Origin: Carpediemonas membranifera BICM
Taxonomy: Eukaryota > Protista > Fornicata
DNA: 64,000 nt
Reading direction: 5' to 3'
Assembly (NCBI GenBank): GCA_019828565.1
Contig: JAHDYR010000041.1
Location: 1 to 64,000, forward strand
The stretch's first letter is position 1, and each line of letters begins with the position of its first letter. The notes under the pieces are model-generated. The model saw nothing but the letters and a program-made list of their open reading frames with translations. It made no database searches and was not told the DNA's origin. This document shows positions 45,211 to 56,937 of this stretch, piece by piece. The position numbers were made by a program, and so were the translations under genes.

Positions 45211-46200
45211 GTGCCGGGCCTATACCTGTTCGAAGCCTCTGAGTACGAGAGAGAGGCTGGTGACCGTCATGTCGCTGACGGCTGCGTGGAGACGCAGGCA
45301 CTTTTTGTGCTCACCTTCGGAGAGAAGCAGGACTGTGAGTTCTCCACTGCCACAGTGCTCTTCCGCACCAACGGGACCCTCTTCACCCACAAGGTCTGTT
45401 GCGCTGCCTCTCGTTCGGAGTGCGCGTTGCAGTTCTACGACTTCGACGCCGCTGTCGATGAGGCCGAGGTGAGAGCCATCCAGGCCGCCTCTGAGCTCGA
45501 GGGCCTCAAGCTCTACCTCGCTCCCGCCCCCGCCCCCGAGACGCCTCAGTCGATCGCCATCCCCGATGACGACAGTCCTCTACATCTAGAGTTGACCCGG
45601 GCTTTAAACCCCGAGAGCGTCAAGGCCTGGATGGGTCGACCCGACCTGGTCAGCGACCCCGCCGCCCTCCGCCGTGCCATGGACTTGCCCCCTGCCACCT
45701 GCCTTGTCTGCGGTGGCAGTCTGTCTTCTGACCGTAACTTTGTGTGCACCAACACGGTCACCGAGCCCGACCCCCGCAACCCGGGCAAGACGAAGAAGGT
45801 CGTCTGCGGCATGGAGGGCAAGAAGCTCAACAGCAAGGCCGTCAACAAGCGTGTGCTCCGGCTTTCCAAGAATGCAAACTTCAGCATTCTCTGGGCGAAG
45901 GTCCCCGAAGTCCCCCCGAAGTTGACAACCGCGACTATGCCATGGCCCCCTTCGACTGCAAGAAGGGTGTGGCCTGTTTTGAGCCGACCTTCCACAACGC
46001 TGAGCCTCACGCCCGCGCGGCCAAGTGCGTCCTCAACCTGGCCTCGCGCCAGACGCTCTGCCTGCTCGTTAACACCGAGATGGAGTGCATCATGGGCTTG
46101 ACCCTTTCCATCCCTTACCTTACCAATGAGATTGGCTCTGTCACGCCAGTCAGGATCATCCAACCAACAGTCAACATCCCGATGACCGTAAGAACAAGCA
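45211..46200 (+). pseudogene. CxxCG-module family gene, frameshifted near 45910
   Basis: CLVCGG...VC...VC motif; coding appears to continue in a second frame. Confidence 0.45.
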
Positions 46201-46241
46201 TCGATTTATCTCTCATGAGCGCCATAAACAGGGCACGACCC

Positions 46242-47798
46242 TCACATGAACCGTGCCACAATCCGACTCGACCTTGCCTTGTGCCGCTTGAGCAGTCCCC
46301 TGTACGACGCCATGGCGTAGTGCATCCGGTTCCTCAGCCGGCTTCCCCCCACCGCACGGGCTGCCCGAGCCCTGGCGGCCACGGACATGCCCGCATTTCC
46401 CACAGCATATGGGCGACCGCGGGTGAGTTCGACGAGCTCCTTGGTGCACTGTGTCGCCGTGCTGACGAGGGCGAGGTGGGTCTGGGCGGCGGGGCCGAAT
46501 GATGCAGGGATGGCGGCCGTCGCGAGCACGGTCTCGTCGATCTGCGCACAGAGGTGAACCAGTTGACCCGCAGAGACGACGCCGTGGGTCAGGGCGGCGG
46601 CCCTCAGCAGGCCGGGCAGACCAGTCAGAGTGTGCAGGCTAGGGTACGTCCGGGCAATGGCGTCCAGCCGCTTGGCCCAGGCCGAGACGGGCTCGGGCCT
46701 GAGCTCGTGTCTGAGCCGGTCAACGGCGACACCGGTGTCAACGCAGTAGGACACCTCCGCGAGGGTCTTGATGAGGCGGGTGGCGATCTTGTCGTGTACG
46801 GCGGGGTTGCTGGCCCGAACCTGGTCGAGCATCTCCTCAAGGTGCACCGCGAGTACGACTGAGCACAGGGCGTGGACAGCTGCCCACAGCGCTACGGGGC
46901 TATCAGTCGTGGGTGCAGGGACCATTGCTGTTACAGGTCCCGCCATGGCGGCCGGGTGTGGCTCGGAGGACACCAGCTGGGACTCAGTGAGGTCCAGCCC
47001 GCCTGTGGCGACCAAGGCCTCGATGTCCGCGAGAGCGAGGTAGTGGGACAGCAGCAGGGGTCTGCGGGCCTGGACGAGGGCGAGCGCGTCCATGAATAAC
47101 TGTGGTGTGGGCATGGCGGATCTGCAGGGGCAGGTGAACACCGCGTGCATGCAGTGGATCGCAGACACGTGGAGCAGGCCCGCCAGGACGGCGCACGGGA
47201 GCACAGAGAAGAGGGGGAAGGTGAAGACGAGGCGCAGAGCAATGAGGGGCACGAGAGGGGCGACTGTGGTGTACATTGCAGAGGCAGGGAGGGGTGCCCG
47301 GATGGCATCGAAGATGCGGGTGGGAATGGGGGCAGGCCGCAGCGTCATGGCGTCGACTCGGGCCGACATGGCCAGAAGTGTGATGGAGGTAACCACTGCT
47401 GGCGGGATGACGCTTATACGGTGGGATGCGACGGTGAGGAAGAGGATTGCGGCCCAAATCATGTGGCATGACATGGCAACAAGGGTCACACGGTCGAAAA
47501 CGGAGAGGATCCAGAGAAAAGTCCACCGAATGCGGTAGCTGGGGACCTTAAAGAGCTTCACAAACGTGAAGGTAAGCGGTATTGCCGCGAAACTGGCAAT
47601 GAATGCTGGAATCAAGGAAACGAAGTGGAATGACCGCAATAGCGAGTAGAAGCTGATTAGCACGACATGGAACAAGCTAAACCACACAGTAGCACTATAA
47701 ATACGCCACGTGCGTTCGAGTTCGGCCATCTGTCTGAGCAATCGACTTTGGCAGAGTTTTCTCGCCGCAACAAGGACACTAGCCGGCATACAACCCAT
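46242..47798 (-). CDS. Multi-pass membrane protein, NDC1 nucleoporin-like
   Basis: N-terminal TM helices; YLALADIEAL and the C-terminal helical pattern resemble Ndc1. Confidence 0.55.
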   Translation of the reverse strand: MGCMPASVLVAARKLCQSRLLRQMAELERTWRIYSATVWFSLFHVVLISFYSLLRSFHFVSLIPAFIASFAAIPLTFTFVKLFKVPSYRIRWTFLWILSVFDRVTLVAMSCHMIWAAILFLTVASHRISVIPPAVVTSITLLAMSARVDAMTLRPAPIPTRIFDAIRAPLPASAMYTTVAPLVPLIALRLVFTFPLFSVLPCAVLAGLLHVSAIHCMHAVFTCPCRSAMPTPQLFMDALALVQARRPLLLSHYLALADIEALVATGGLDLTESQLVSSEPHPAAMAGPVTAMVPAPTTDSPVALWAAVHALCSVVLAVHLEEMLDQVRASNPAVHDKIATRLIKTLAEVSYCVDTGVAVDRLRHELRPEPVSAWAKRLDAIARTYPSLHTLTGLPGLLRAAALTHGVVSAGQLVHLCAQIDETVLATAAIPASFGPAAQTHLALVSTATQCTKELVELTRGRPYAVGNAGMSVAARARAARAVGGSRLRNRMHYAMASYRGLLKRHKARSSRIVARFM

Positions 47799-47914
47799 CC
47801 AGCCCCCGTATCACTCACCAGACATGCCCGTAAACACATCAATTGTCAGTTTACTGGAGTGCTGATCGTTGTGGACAGATCCTACGCTACGTAAGCTGTC
47901 CCGGGCCATATGGC

Positions 47915-48396
47915 TCATCTGCGCTTGCGGGGCTTCTTTGGCTTGTTCGATGCCACCTTCTTGCCCTGCCCCTTGCCCTTGGCCTGGGGTTGTCCCTTCC
48001 TGGCAGCCGCCGCAGCCGCTGCAGCGGCCTCGGCACGCTGGGTCTGGATTGCCTTCATGGCGTCAGCAACGGCGAAGTAGAACTGCAGCTCTGTGTGAGA
48101 GGGGGGGGGGTGAACAAACTCGAGGAGAAACTTTCGTTGCCTTCAAGAGAGAAGCGGATGCGGCCGCTGGTGAAGAAATCAGCGGGATGCCTCTTATTTG
48201 ACTGTATAAGATGATTCTAAGGGCACCGTACCTCTTCATGGAACTTAACGCCAGTCTTCTTCACGCCATCAAGCAGGAGGTTGTAGTCTGGGTTCTGGAC
48301 GGCCTTTCCCTTGGAAACGATCCTATAGCGGCTTGTACGCGTAACATCAAAGTTGATAGGCCACAGTACACGCCAGCGTGCGTATTCCTCGGCCAT
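47915..48396 (-). CDS. SRP19: Signal recognition particle 19-kDa protein (introns 48202-48231 and 48091-48119; probable G-run error near 47980)
   Basis: Spliced product WRVLWPINFD...AVQNP...EE|SNKRHPADFFTSGRIR...SSK|LQF; Lys-rich tail. Confidence 0.8.
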
Positions 48397-48625
48397 TTCT
48401 CTCAAATTCGGTGTCGTAGTCAGTCATATACATCCGTCACCGTAAACACGGGTAAATACGTAAATCACCACCATGGCTGTGATGCGGCTCCAATTCTCTC
48501 ATTTACATAGCCAGTGGCGACATCGTGGTCATTAAGTTTGCCGTTTGGGTCGAGATGGTTCGAATACTGCAAGTATAACAACTTCAGCCGGGGAAGAAAG
48601 GGGCTACAACCGTGACCTACTCCAT

Positions 48626-49633
48626 TCACTCAGGGTTGAGTCGGCCCGTGAACCCCGTCTGCATAGCCTTCTGCCTGATCCTGACGTTCCAATTGAGACA
48701 AGACCGGAGTGACGTGAACCAGTCGTTGCTGCCTCCACGACGGGACACAGTGTATAGCGGATACGGCGATCTGATTACATCAATTGAATCTCCAACCTGG
48801 AGCTCGATACGGTACCGCCCGTCGATGTTTGCCCAGGCAGTTGATGACGACCCCTTGGGGACAGAGACGCTGAGCAGCGCGTCAACCGGCAGTGTGATAG
48901 GTCTGAACGAGAGGGAGTGGGGGCAGATGGGTGTGAACACCATGACGGGGATCGCAGGGTGGACTACTGACCCGCCCGCAGAGAGGTTGTACGCCGTTGA
49001 CCCGGTGGCGGTAGCGATGATGATCCCGTCGCCGTCTACAGTTGTCAGTGAGTCGCCATCGCATGTGCACTCGAGCTGGGTGAGGAAGGCGGAGTAGCCT
49101 CGGTCAACGGCGACTTCGTTCATGACCTGGAAAGAAGAAGTGGGCTTCCCGTCGTGGTAGACTGTTGCGGTGAAACGAACCCGCTCCAATACATCCATTT
49201 CACCCTTAGTGACGGATTGGATGACCTCGTCAACCTCGTCGGCCGTAAAGGGCGTGAGGAAGCCCAGGGAGCCGACGTTGAACGATAAAACCGGCGGTAT
49301 AGTCTCGTGGAACATACTGCATACGTACAAGAGCGTTCCATCGCCTCCTAGTGTGATCACAAGGTCGAGATCGACCTCGCTGAGATCCTCGGCACTGCAA
49401 ACCTCCACTTCAGAGGGACACCGGTCCGCCACTGATGAATCTACCACCGTGGTGATGCCACTGTTCTCGAATGCCTCGTGAATCTGCTCGAAAAGACGGT
49501 CTGCGGTGGCGTCACCGGGCTTTCGAACGACAAGGACACGCTGGGGCGGCGGCATTGGTTCTCGCGTCAGGAGGCGGCTCTTAGTATGGTTATTGCTTTC
49601 TTTTTTGTTACTTTCATCGTCGGATGACGGCAT
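48626..49633 (-). CDS. NADK: NAD kinase
   Basis: GGDGT, NE, DGIIIATATGSTAYNLSAGG, TPICPHSLSFRP. Confidence 0.95.
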   Translation of the reverse strand: MPSSDDESNKKESNNHTKSRLLTREPMPPPQRVLVVRKPGDATADRLFEQIHEAFENSGITTVVDSSVADRCPSEVEVCSAEDLSEVDLDLVITLGGDGTLLYVCSMFHETIPPVLSFNVGSLGFLTPFTADEVDEVIQSVTKGEMDVLERVRFTATVYHDGKPTSSFQVMNEVAVDRGYSAFLTQLECTCDGDSLTTVDGDGIIIATATGSTAYNLSAGGSVVHPAIPVMVFTPICPHSLSFRPITLPVDALLSVSVPKGSSSTAWANIDGRYRIELQVGDSIDVIRSPYPLYTVSRRGGSNDWFTSLRSCLNWNVRIRQKAMQTGFTGRLNPE

Positions 49634-49847
49634 AATTGCCGCTAACCTCGTTTTTGTGATTCTGGCCAATAAGAAGATGACAGGTCTGAGAACTGCAACA
49701 GACAATATGGCCATACAGTGGCAAGTATTGCCCCAGTAGACCTGTAAGTGCCTGGAATGGTGTGTGTGCAGCCTTTATTAGTCGGGGCAGCATTCTTATT
49801 ATTCTTGACTCAAGCCGTCTCGAAAAACGGAGAACAGGGCTGGCAGC

Positions 49848-50187
49848 TCAGTGGCTCCTCAGAAGATAGCTGATGAGCATGTATGCAATGAGGAATACAA
49901 CCAGGACGAGCAGGACGATGTAGATGAGGCTGACCTTCTTGTGGTGGATCATGTAGGAGACCTTCTCCGCCGTCTTGTGGATCGCTGCGGAAGTAGTCGA
50001 CATGCTATCACCTACTGAGCCGAGGAGGTCATCCTGGTCCTGAACTGTCGTCCCCAAGTCGCTGGAGAGGTCCTTGAGTATGGCAATCTTGTTTGAAAGC
50101 TCGTTAAGCTAGTGTAACACTCAGATGGATAAAGTAACGAACTTCTTCTTCATGATCCCGGTAATATAGCTGGCTGCGGGACTCCAT
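49848..50187 (-). CDS. Bet1-like Qc-SNARE (intron 50109-50142)
   Basis: Spliced product LNELSNKIAILKDLSSDLGTTVQDQDDLL...; C-terminal TM helix. Confidence 0.75.
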
Positions 50188-50400
50188 TCGTGAGACGACC
50201 GATCTGACCTTAAAATGCACAATCATCAATTCCTCGGACCGAGTCCCGAGTTGGTCTTCCGGCGTCAGGCAAAAGAAACCGCCCTCTTACCGTCCTTGAT
50301 GCCTCCATTCTTGAGCGCATAATCACCTTCATTGCGATCTTAACCTTCAGCGCGGTCAAACCCTGACAATGCGGGTCCTCTATTTAACATCACGCGGCTC

Positions 50401-51021
50401 TCATACGGCCTGAGACTGACTGGCAGCCTGAAGGAAGGACACGTGCAGCTGTATCTCCTCGTCAGTCTTCCCTACGCCCTGGGCTCTAAGCTCATCAAAG
50501 TTCAACGGCCCGCCCCTCGCCATGGCTGCCTCTAGCTTCTGGTCATCCGCTGCTGTCCAGCTAGCGGCATGCCTCTGGAAGTTTGGTGGAACCGACACGT
50601 TTTCTCGCTTCGGCTCGGGGGTATCCTCGACCTTCGCCCGCTTCACACCCTCCGCGCCAGGGACATGTGGCTCAACGTCCACGGCTTTGCGGGTGAGGTT
50701 GATCTTGACCTGGCCGCCTGGACGGGGGAGCTCCTTGTCATCCTCGCTGACGTAGCCCACATCGGCGTCATCCATCTCGGCGTCGGGGATCTCATCCATT
50801 GGATCGTATTGCATGTCTTCGAACCAGCGGACGAGACGGCTGCGGTATTTCCTGATCACAAGCTCCTGCTTCCTGATCTTCTGCTCCTTTTCCTTCAGAA
50901 GAAGCAGGAGCCGCATGTTGTGTTCGAGCAGCTTATCCTGCTTTGACCTCATCTCAAGGTTGTTCTGGACCAAGGCTTCCATCCACTTCGGCCGCTCGTG
51001 TCTCTCCTCTTTTCGTTGCAT
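50401..51021 (-). CDS. Coiled-coil protein with C-terminal Myb/SANT-like repeat
   Basis: WTAADDQKLEAAM...GVGKTDEEIQLH. Confidence 0.6.
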   Translation of the reverse strand: MQRKEERHERPKWMEALVQNNLEMRSKQDKLLEHNMRLLLLLKEKEQKIRKQELVIRKYRSRLVRWFEDMQYDPMDEIPDAEMDDADVGYVSEDDKELPRPGGQVKINLTRKAVDVEPHVPGAEGVKRAKVEDTPEPKRENVSVPPNFQRHAASWTAADDQKLEAAMARGGPLNFDELRAQGVGKTDEEIQLHVSFLQAASQSQAV

Positions 51022-51254
51022 AAAAAAATTAGCGGCATTTACCGCCGTCGATGGAGGCCAGACACGTTAGCCGAGCCCTGTACAGCGTTTCAAGGATAGC
51101 TCCACTTATTAACCAGAGAAGAGGTCAAACTCCAGTTGAATAGCTCGACGGGCACCCGAACACGCGGTCTGTAACGCACCAAGGGATGCCATAGATGCCT
51201 GACTGAACCCCCATACTTATGCGAGCTATACTACTATAATCCGAATTTACCGGC

Positions 51255-52104
51255 TCACACCCGGCGGTAAACCTTGATGTAGTGGGTCCCGTCTTTCCGT
51301 AGCGCCCTCTCCGCATCCGCCGTCGCCGTCCCAATAGCGGCCACCACTGGGTCGCCCTTCAGCTCTGAGTCGGTGACCTCCTGGAACATGGGCGAGAGGG
51401 CGAACTGCGAGTCCATCCACTGCCGCAGCTCGAAGACGTCTGTGGCCGTGTATACGATCGCCCCCTTCTTCAGCGCATAGGCGTATTCTGCGAGGAGGTT
51501 AACACTGATGATGCGTCTGCGGTGGTTGCTCTTCTTAAAATGCGGGTCCGGGAAGAGGAAGAGCATCGTGTCCAGCTGGCCCTTCCGGAAGTAGCAGGGG
51601 AAGTGTTTCATCGCGTTCGAGCGGATGACGGCGGCGTTGTCTCCACTGCGACCCTCTGCGCGCTGCTTCAGGATCTGCTCCTGGGCGTATTCCACAACAA
51701 CTTCTCGGATCTCGAGGCCAATGATAAGTTTGTTAGGAAAGAGCTCTGAGAGGCGCATAGTCATCCCGCCATAGCCACAGCCGACGTCAGCAACGCTAAT
51801 GTGCCCGCAACGTTCGATTGCGTCGCGAGTGTAGAGGCGGGTGATGTCGAAATCAGCAGGAGACGTCGGATACGTAACCAGCATGTCTGCGAGGGGGTTA
51901 GCATGTGCTCTGGGTAAGATAAGGGGTGGATAGCTCATACCTGGTGCCGTGGAACTTGCCCTTGACCCGCTTGCTCCCATCCTCAAGCTTCGCGAAGCCG
52001 AGCATGTTTGTGCCTATTTCCTGAAAGTGAGAAGGATCTTCTACGTTGATGTTGGCATATTTCCGCTTCTCAGCGCCATTCTCTATCGTGGATGAGCCTG
52101 CCAT
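51255..52104 (-). CDS. TRM8: tRNA (guanine-N7)-methyltransferase (intron 51910-51940)
   Basis: R|AHANP, DVGCGYGG, GLEIR, FPDPHFKK. Confidence 0.93.
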
Positions 52105-52522
52105 TGTGCTTCAGACAGCGACTCACAGTACATGAAAATATGTCGCATTTACATAAGGCCTGCCAGTGGCTCTTGCTGCTGCCTTCGGTGAGCAAGGCGG
52201 CTGCGAGGTTAGTTAGGCAGTTGCTGCAGCGAGGGGGGAAATATGCATACCATAAATGGATGACCAAGAAGCATTGGAATCAGAATTTTGGCATACTGCG
52301 ATGTCATTCGGACGAAGCAGGCACAGCGTCACCCTACTATAGCCAGCAGACACGAGACTGCCGCGGTACAATGCGACACTTATTCTCTCAGGGAGACCCA
52401 GAGGGGTCCGCTCAGCCGGGGATCGGACTTCAACGGATACGCAATGTTGGTGACTAAACTGCTGCACGTCCTGAAGCTCTCTTAAGCCCATCCCGTGGGC
52501 ATTAGTTTACAAAACCACCACC

Positions 52523-52914
52523 CTACGACAGGGCCTGCGGTGTCGCCTTGATGAGCTCGGTCAGCGACGATTCAGTCGCGCTGATCTGCTTCTCCACGTA
52601 TGCCTTAGAGTTGCCAACGACGGTGAGCTCGTTTGTGAGCTTCTCCACAGTCGATTTCAACCTATCCACGACGGCGGTGTTGGGCTTCATGTAATATGCT
52701 TTTCCGACGGCGACGTAGCAAGACTCGGGCTTAGTTTCCTCAATATCGTGGATTGTAAGCTCAGCGCTCTTCATCTCGTGAGTTTTAAGCATCTCCTGGT
52801 TCTTGAGCTGTATAACTGGGCGGGGAGGACACAAACTGATGCTTGCTGACGTCTGTGATCAGACATCTTGATCTGGAGCTTCTGAAGCTCGTTATAAAAC
52901 TCCTGCTGGGCCAT
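52523..52914 (-). CDS. Prefoldin subunit 1-like (intron 52808-52836)
   Basis: Spliced product MAQQEFYNELQKLQ...YVAVGKAYY; beta-type prefoldin pattern. Confidence 0.8.
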
Positions 52915-53834
52915 TTGTCGACAACTGGAAATTTGTCATAACCTGCGAAAAATTTCAACGCACAACGCAACAAAGACAGTCGGCGACGATATCGGACACG
53001 CTGTGGGTGCGTGTTATGACGTCGCTGGCGTTGCTTGAGCAACTCTGACAAAATGATGACTGTACGATTTTCAGATTTAGAAGGAAATGTTGGAGACCTC
53101 GCAGACGCGGGCGACGAGATCGATGACCTTGTTGCTGTAACCAGCTTCGTCAACCCCGAGACGAATCTACCGTATGTCATCACCCCGGCGTACTTCCACG
53201 TGTTCATCACCAAAGAAGAGCAACGCATGGTCAAGTCTGTGCTCTACGACCAGACCATCAAGCGTAACGCTCCCAAGCAACGCTTCGACGCCTAGTTCGA
53301 TCTCCTGCGGTCTGTGCTTGCTGAAAAGTTCGGTGCAGATTATGTCTTCGTGCCGGTACATATATTCAACATGGATGAGACCTCCATGAGGGCCACAGCG
53401 GAATCTCGCTGCGAGACAGTGTTCCGATAGACCCCATGTTCCTTTCGAAGCCCATGGGTGCAGGACTGACGAGGTCAAGGCCACAACTTTTCATCGTCAC
53501 CATTCCACCGGGCCGACCCGTAACCATCGCCTTGGGGACTCCGAAGATGGTTATCCCCCAGGAGGTTCAGGATTACCTGCAGGCTAGGGACATCCCCCTC
53601 CGGAGATGGCACGACGTCATTTATCAGGCTTGAGGACATGAGGTGGCGTCGGTTCCTGCCTCACACGGCAGCTGTGAGGTGCCGTCTGCCGGCCAATTGT
53701 ACCTCAAGCCCGGCCATTTTCGCCATTGATGGGCACAAGATGTGATGGTTTAATCATTTGATCTGATTAAACACAACACATTCCCCGAAAGCAAGTGTGC
53801 CTGGGAAAAGTTAAATGACAGTCCATTTACTAGC

Positions 53835-54800
53835 TTACTTGCCCATGGCGGGGTTGAGCTTCTTGCCGAAGGCGCGGTTCTTGAGGCCGTTGCGCTTGAT
53901 CTGGAAGTACTTCTTGGTGCGAATGGGGGCGCGGAGGGCAGCCTTGACGGCGTCGTTCTCGAGAACGTTCTTGAGCTCAGTCTCGGTGGAGATGCCGCGG
54001 TGCATCTTGGCGGCGTAGATCTCGTCGAGCTTGGCGATGGCACCCTCAGTCCAGATGACGAAGCGGCCCATGTGGCCACCGGGGGCGAGGTCGAGGAGGT
54101 TGAGGGCATCAACCTTGGCGACAGTCACGCCAGAGATGTTGCGGAAGGAGCGGGCGATGCCGTTGTCCTCAGCGTAGACAACCATGGGGCCCTTGCGCTG
54201 CTTGTAGCGGCGGTTGCGCCACTTACCGTGGCCAGCGCGGGTCTTCTTGGTGTCCTTGACCTTCTCGCAGTCAGCGTAGGCGCCGACCATCTCGAGGGCC
54301 TTGATGGCATCCTTGGTACGGGTGATGGACTCAACGGAGTTGTCGAGGATCAGAGGAACCTGGGGGACGTTCTCAACAAGGTGGCCGCGGCCAAGAAGGA
54401 AAGAGGGGTTGGCGGTGGCAGCGATAGCGGAGGTGACGGCGTAGCGCTTGACGGGAAGGTTCACCTTGCGGTAAAGGCGGCGGGTGACGCGAACGGGGGA
54501 GAACATACGGCCACCACGGCACATGTTGCCGCCGTGAGCCTGGCCGGAGCGAGCGGTACCAGAGCCAGAGACACGGGGAACACGGGCAAGAGCGCGGCCA
54601 ACACCCCAGGAGTGGGAGGTGGTGTCGAGAGAAGCGTACTTGAAGCGGCCGTAAGCCTGACGGTGGTTCTTGTTCAGCTGAGTGTGAGTGAACTGGATGA
54701 TGTCAGCTCTGACGGGGGCGCTGAAAACAGCAGGGGTGTTAACCTCCTTGGTAGCCTTCTTCTCGGCATCGATGGCGTAAACAGAAAGAGTAGGGATCAT
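53835..54800 (-). CDS. RPL4: 60S ribosomal protein L4 (uL4)
   Basis: SWGVGRALARVPRV, GNMCRGGRMF, LAPGGHMGRF. Confidence 0.97.
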   Translation of the reverse strand: MIPTLSVYAIDAEKKATKEVNTPAVFSAPVRADIIQFTHTQLNKNHRQAYGRFKYASLDTTSHSWGVGRALARVPRVSGSGTARSGQAHGGNMCRGGRMFSPVRVTRRLYRKVNLPVKRYAVTSAIAATANPSFLLGRGHLVENVPQVPLILDNSVESITRTKDAIKALEMVGAYADCEKVKDTKKTRAGHGKWRNRRYKQRKGPMVVYAEDNGIARSFRNISGVTVAKVDALNLLDLAPGGHMGRFVIWTEGAIAKLDEIYAAKMHRGISTETELKNVLENDAVKAALRAPIRTKKYFQIKRNGLKNRAFGKKLNPAMGK

Positions 54801-54889
54801 ATCCGGGCTTTCTCGCGCTTGCAAGCACTTTTTTTCAGCAAAAGTTTTCAGAAAAAAGTGAATGACAGCATCCAGTTCCTATGTATTGT

Positions 54890-55540
54890 TTAAAAGTCGT
54901 CATCGTCGTCGGCGGGGACGGGGAGGGCGACGGCCTGCTCGAGCTGGCGCTCCTGCTCGGCGATGTACTCGCGATCGAGGGTGACGTCGGCATCCGGGGG
55001 CTTGACGGCGGGCTCCTCAGTGAACTCGAGGTTGGGGTCGTTCGAGAGGCGACGAGCGAGGTACTTGAAGGGCTTCTCGAAGTTGTAGTTGGTCTTGGCG
55101 GAGATCTCGTAGTACTGGATGTTCTTGCGGCGGTGGAACGTGATGCTCTTAGCCTTGACCTGGCGATCCTTGCAGTCGACCTTGTTGCCGACGAGAACCA
55201 TGGGGATGTTCTCGCAGACACGAACAAGATCGCGGTGCCAGTTAGGGACGTTCTTGTATGTGATACGGGAGGTCACATCGAAGAAGATGATGGCAGCGTT
55301 GGCGCCAATGTAGTAGCCGTCACGAAGGCCACCAAATTTCTCCTGGCCGGCGGTATCCCAAACGTTGAAGTTAACCTGGCCGCGAGTGGTGTAGAAGGGA
55401 AGAGTACGGACCTCAACACCAAGAGTGGCGTGGTATCTGCGCTCGAACTCGCCGGTTCTGTGTCTCTTCACAAAAGTGGTCTTGCCAGTGCAGCCATCAC
55501 CAACCAAAACAAGCTTGAAAGTGGGAACCTCCGCGCTCAT
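54890..55540 (-). CDS. RAN: Ran GTPase
   Basis: [29 protein letters not shown], acidic DDDDF tail. Confidence 0.97.
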   Translation of the reverse strand: MSAEVPTFKLVLVGDGCTGKTTFVKRHRTGEFERRYHATLGVEVRTLPFYTTRGQVNFNVWDTAGQEKFGGLRDGYYIGANAAIIFFDVTSRITYKNVPNWHRDLVRVCENIPMVLVGNKVDCKDRQVKAKSITFHRRKNIQYYEISAKTNYNFEKPFKYLARRLSNDPNLEFTEEPAVKPPDADVTLDREYIAEQERQLEQAVALPVPADDDDDF

Positions 55541-55913
55541 TGTCGTCATCAATCCCAAAAATGCCCGCCCGACTCTGCGTGATTTAGGTCCGCAGGGGTG
55601 TATGTGTGGCTGCAGCTGGCTGCTAGTGCATAGGGTATGGCTATGGAGCAGAGTTATGATAGTGTCATAAAGTGGGCCCGCACTCTGAGGCGGTCCCCAC
55701 TCATTAAATCGGGGCGGGTGTTCTTCTTTACGAGCGCATTCATGGCGTCCAACACACGCCCTCAGGCGACGTGCTCCTCCTTGAAGCTGAAGCGGAGTTG
55801 AGTGGTGGGTCTCGCCCGAAGCTGCGGAGCATATGCCTGCTCTTGATGGCGACCCACTAACGCCTACCAACACACATTTACACCCCAACTTCCACTTCTA
55901 TCTACTTCTCAGC

Positions 55914-56618
55914 TCATAATTTCGAGAGGTCGCGCTTGACGTCGCTGACCCAATGGCGGCAAGTCGAGAAGAACGGGAAGCCGCAGACAAGCCAGATAGA
56001 GATGAGCGCGACAGTGATGACGATGCAGATGATGAGGAGGAGGAGCTTCATGTTCTTCATCCACATCGCCCGCTTCAGCGCCTGGGACTGCGACTGGAAA
56101 CTGCGGGCCTCGCTCTTGAGGTTCTCGGCGTCGGCCAGAAGGGTGTCTATCTTGTCTCCGCGGTCGATGACCTTGCTGATGTTGTCGACCATGATGTTCT
56201 TGACGTCGTCGATCTGCGCTTGCACGCGGTTGATGCGATCAGCCTCGACGTTGTTCGAGAAGTAGGTCATCTGGGACGAGAGCACCCGGGAGAACTCAGA
56301 GTTGAGCTGGTATGAGCGAGCAGAGTACATCTTGTCGCCATACGTCGTGGTGAAGCGCTTCTTGATGTCGGCAAGGAAAGAGAAAGCAATACGCTGAGCA
56401 AGCTCGTTATCAGCAAGGCACATGTAGCATAGACCATCCTCAACTATATAATGGATGATGCAATCGTCGTAGGTGTAGGAGTGGCGGCTGTCGGGGCCAT
56501 TGGCCACGTTCTCGATGAGGGAACGAGTAATGGAGCTAAAGTTGCCTGAACGGATGGAAAACTCCGCAAGAACCGTTGTGCCGCGGGAAACTACAGAATA
56601 GATGAGAGATCCCGGCAT
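55914..56618 (-). CDS. VAMP7: Longin R-SNARE (VAMP7-like)
   Basis: Longin domain, synaptobrevin motif (RGDKI), TM helix. Confidence 0.92.
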   Translation of the reverse strand: MPGSLIYSVVSRGTTVLAEFSIRSGNFSSITRSLIENVANGPDSRHSYTYDDCIIHYIVEDGLCYMCLADNELAQRIAFSFLADIKKRFTTTYGDKMYSARSYQLNSEFSRVLSSQMTYFSNNVEADRINRVQAQIDDVKNIMVDNISKVIDRGDKIDTLLADAENLKSEARSFQSQSQALKRAMWMKNMKLLLLIICIVITVALISIWLVCGFPFFSTCRHWVSDVKRDLSKL

Positions 56619-56937
56619 TCAGCGGCGGGTTGTCTTTTGTGCGAACAAGAATTTTTTCGTGCAACCCACCGTCATTGACCCAACCCAGCAGCAGTAGCCC
56701 GCGGATGAACTCCAAAGGTCGCAGATGACTCAAGCTGGTTATCAAACTGACGAATTATGGGAGAAAATCTTGTCGGCTATTCTCGGGCGGCGATCAATCT
56801 CAACAAAACGATGACATGGAAACGAAGCACACGTGGTCATCAAAGGTCCGATTTAACTTGTGCTAGTCGTGAGAAATCCGCAAGTGACCAGCATTAATGA
56901 TCAATTGATGATGAAACCGTAAAAAAAATCGTGCGGC

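Noticed and set aside
53035-53750. pogo-like transposase (IFNMDET)
   Set aside because: Isolated motif between stops with no other DDE or HTH features; gene structure unresolved.
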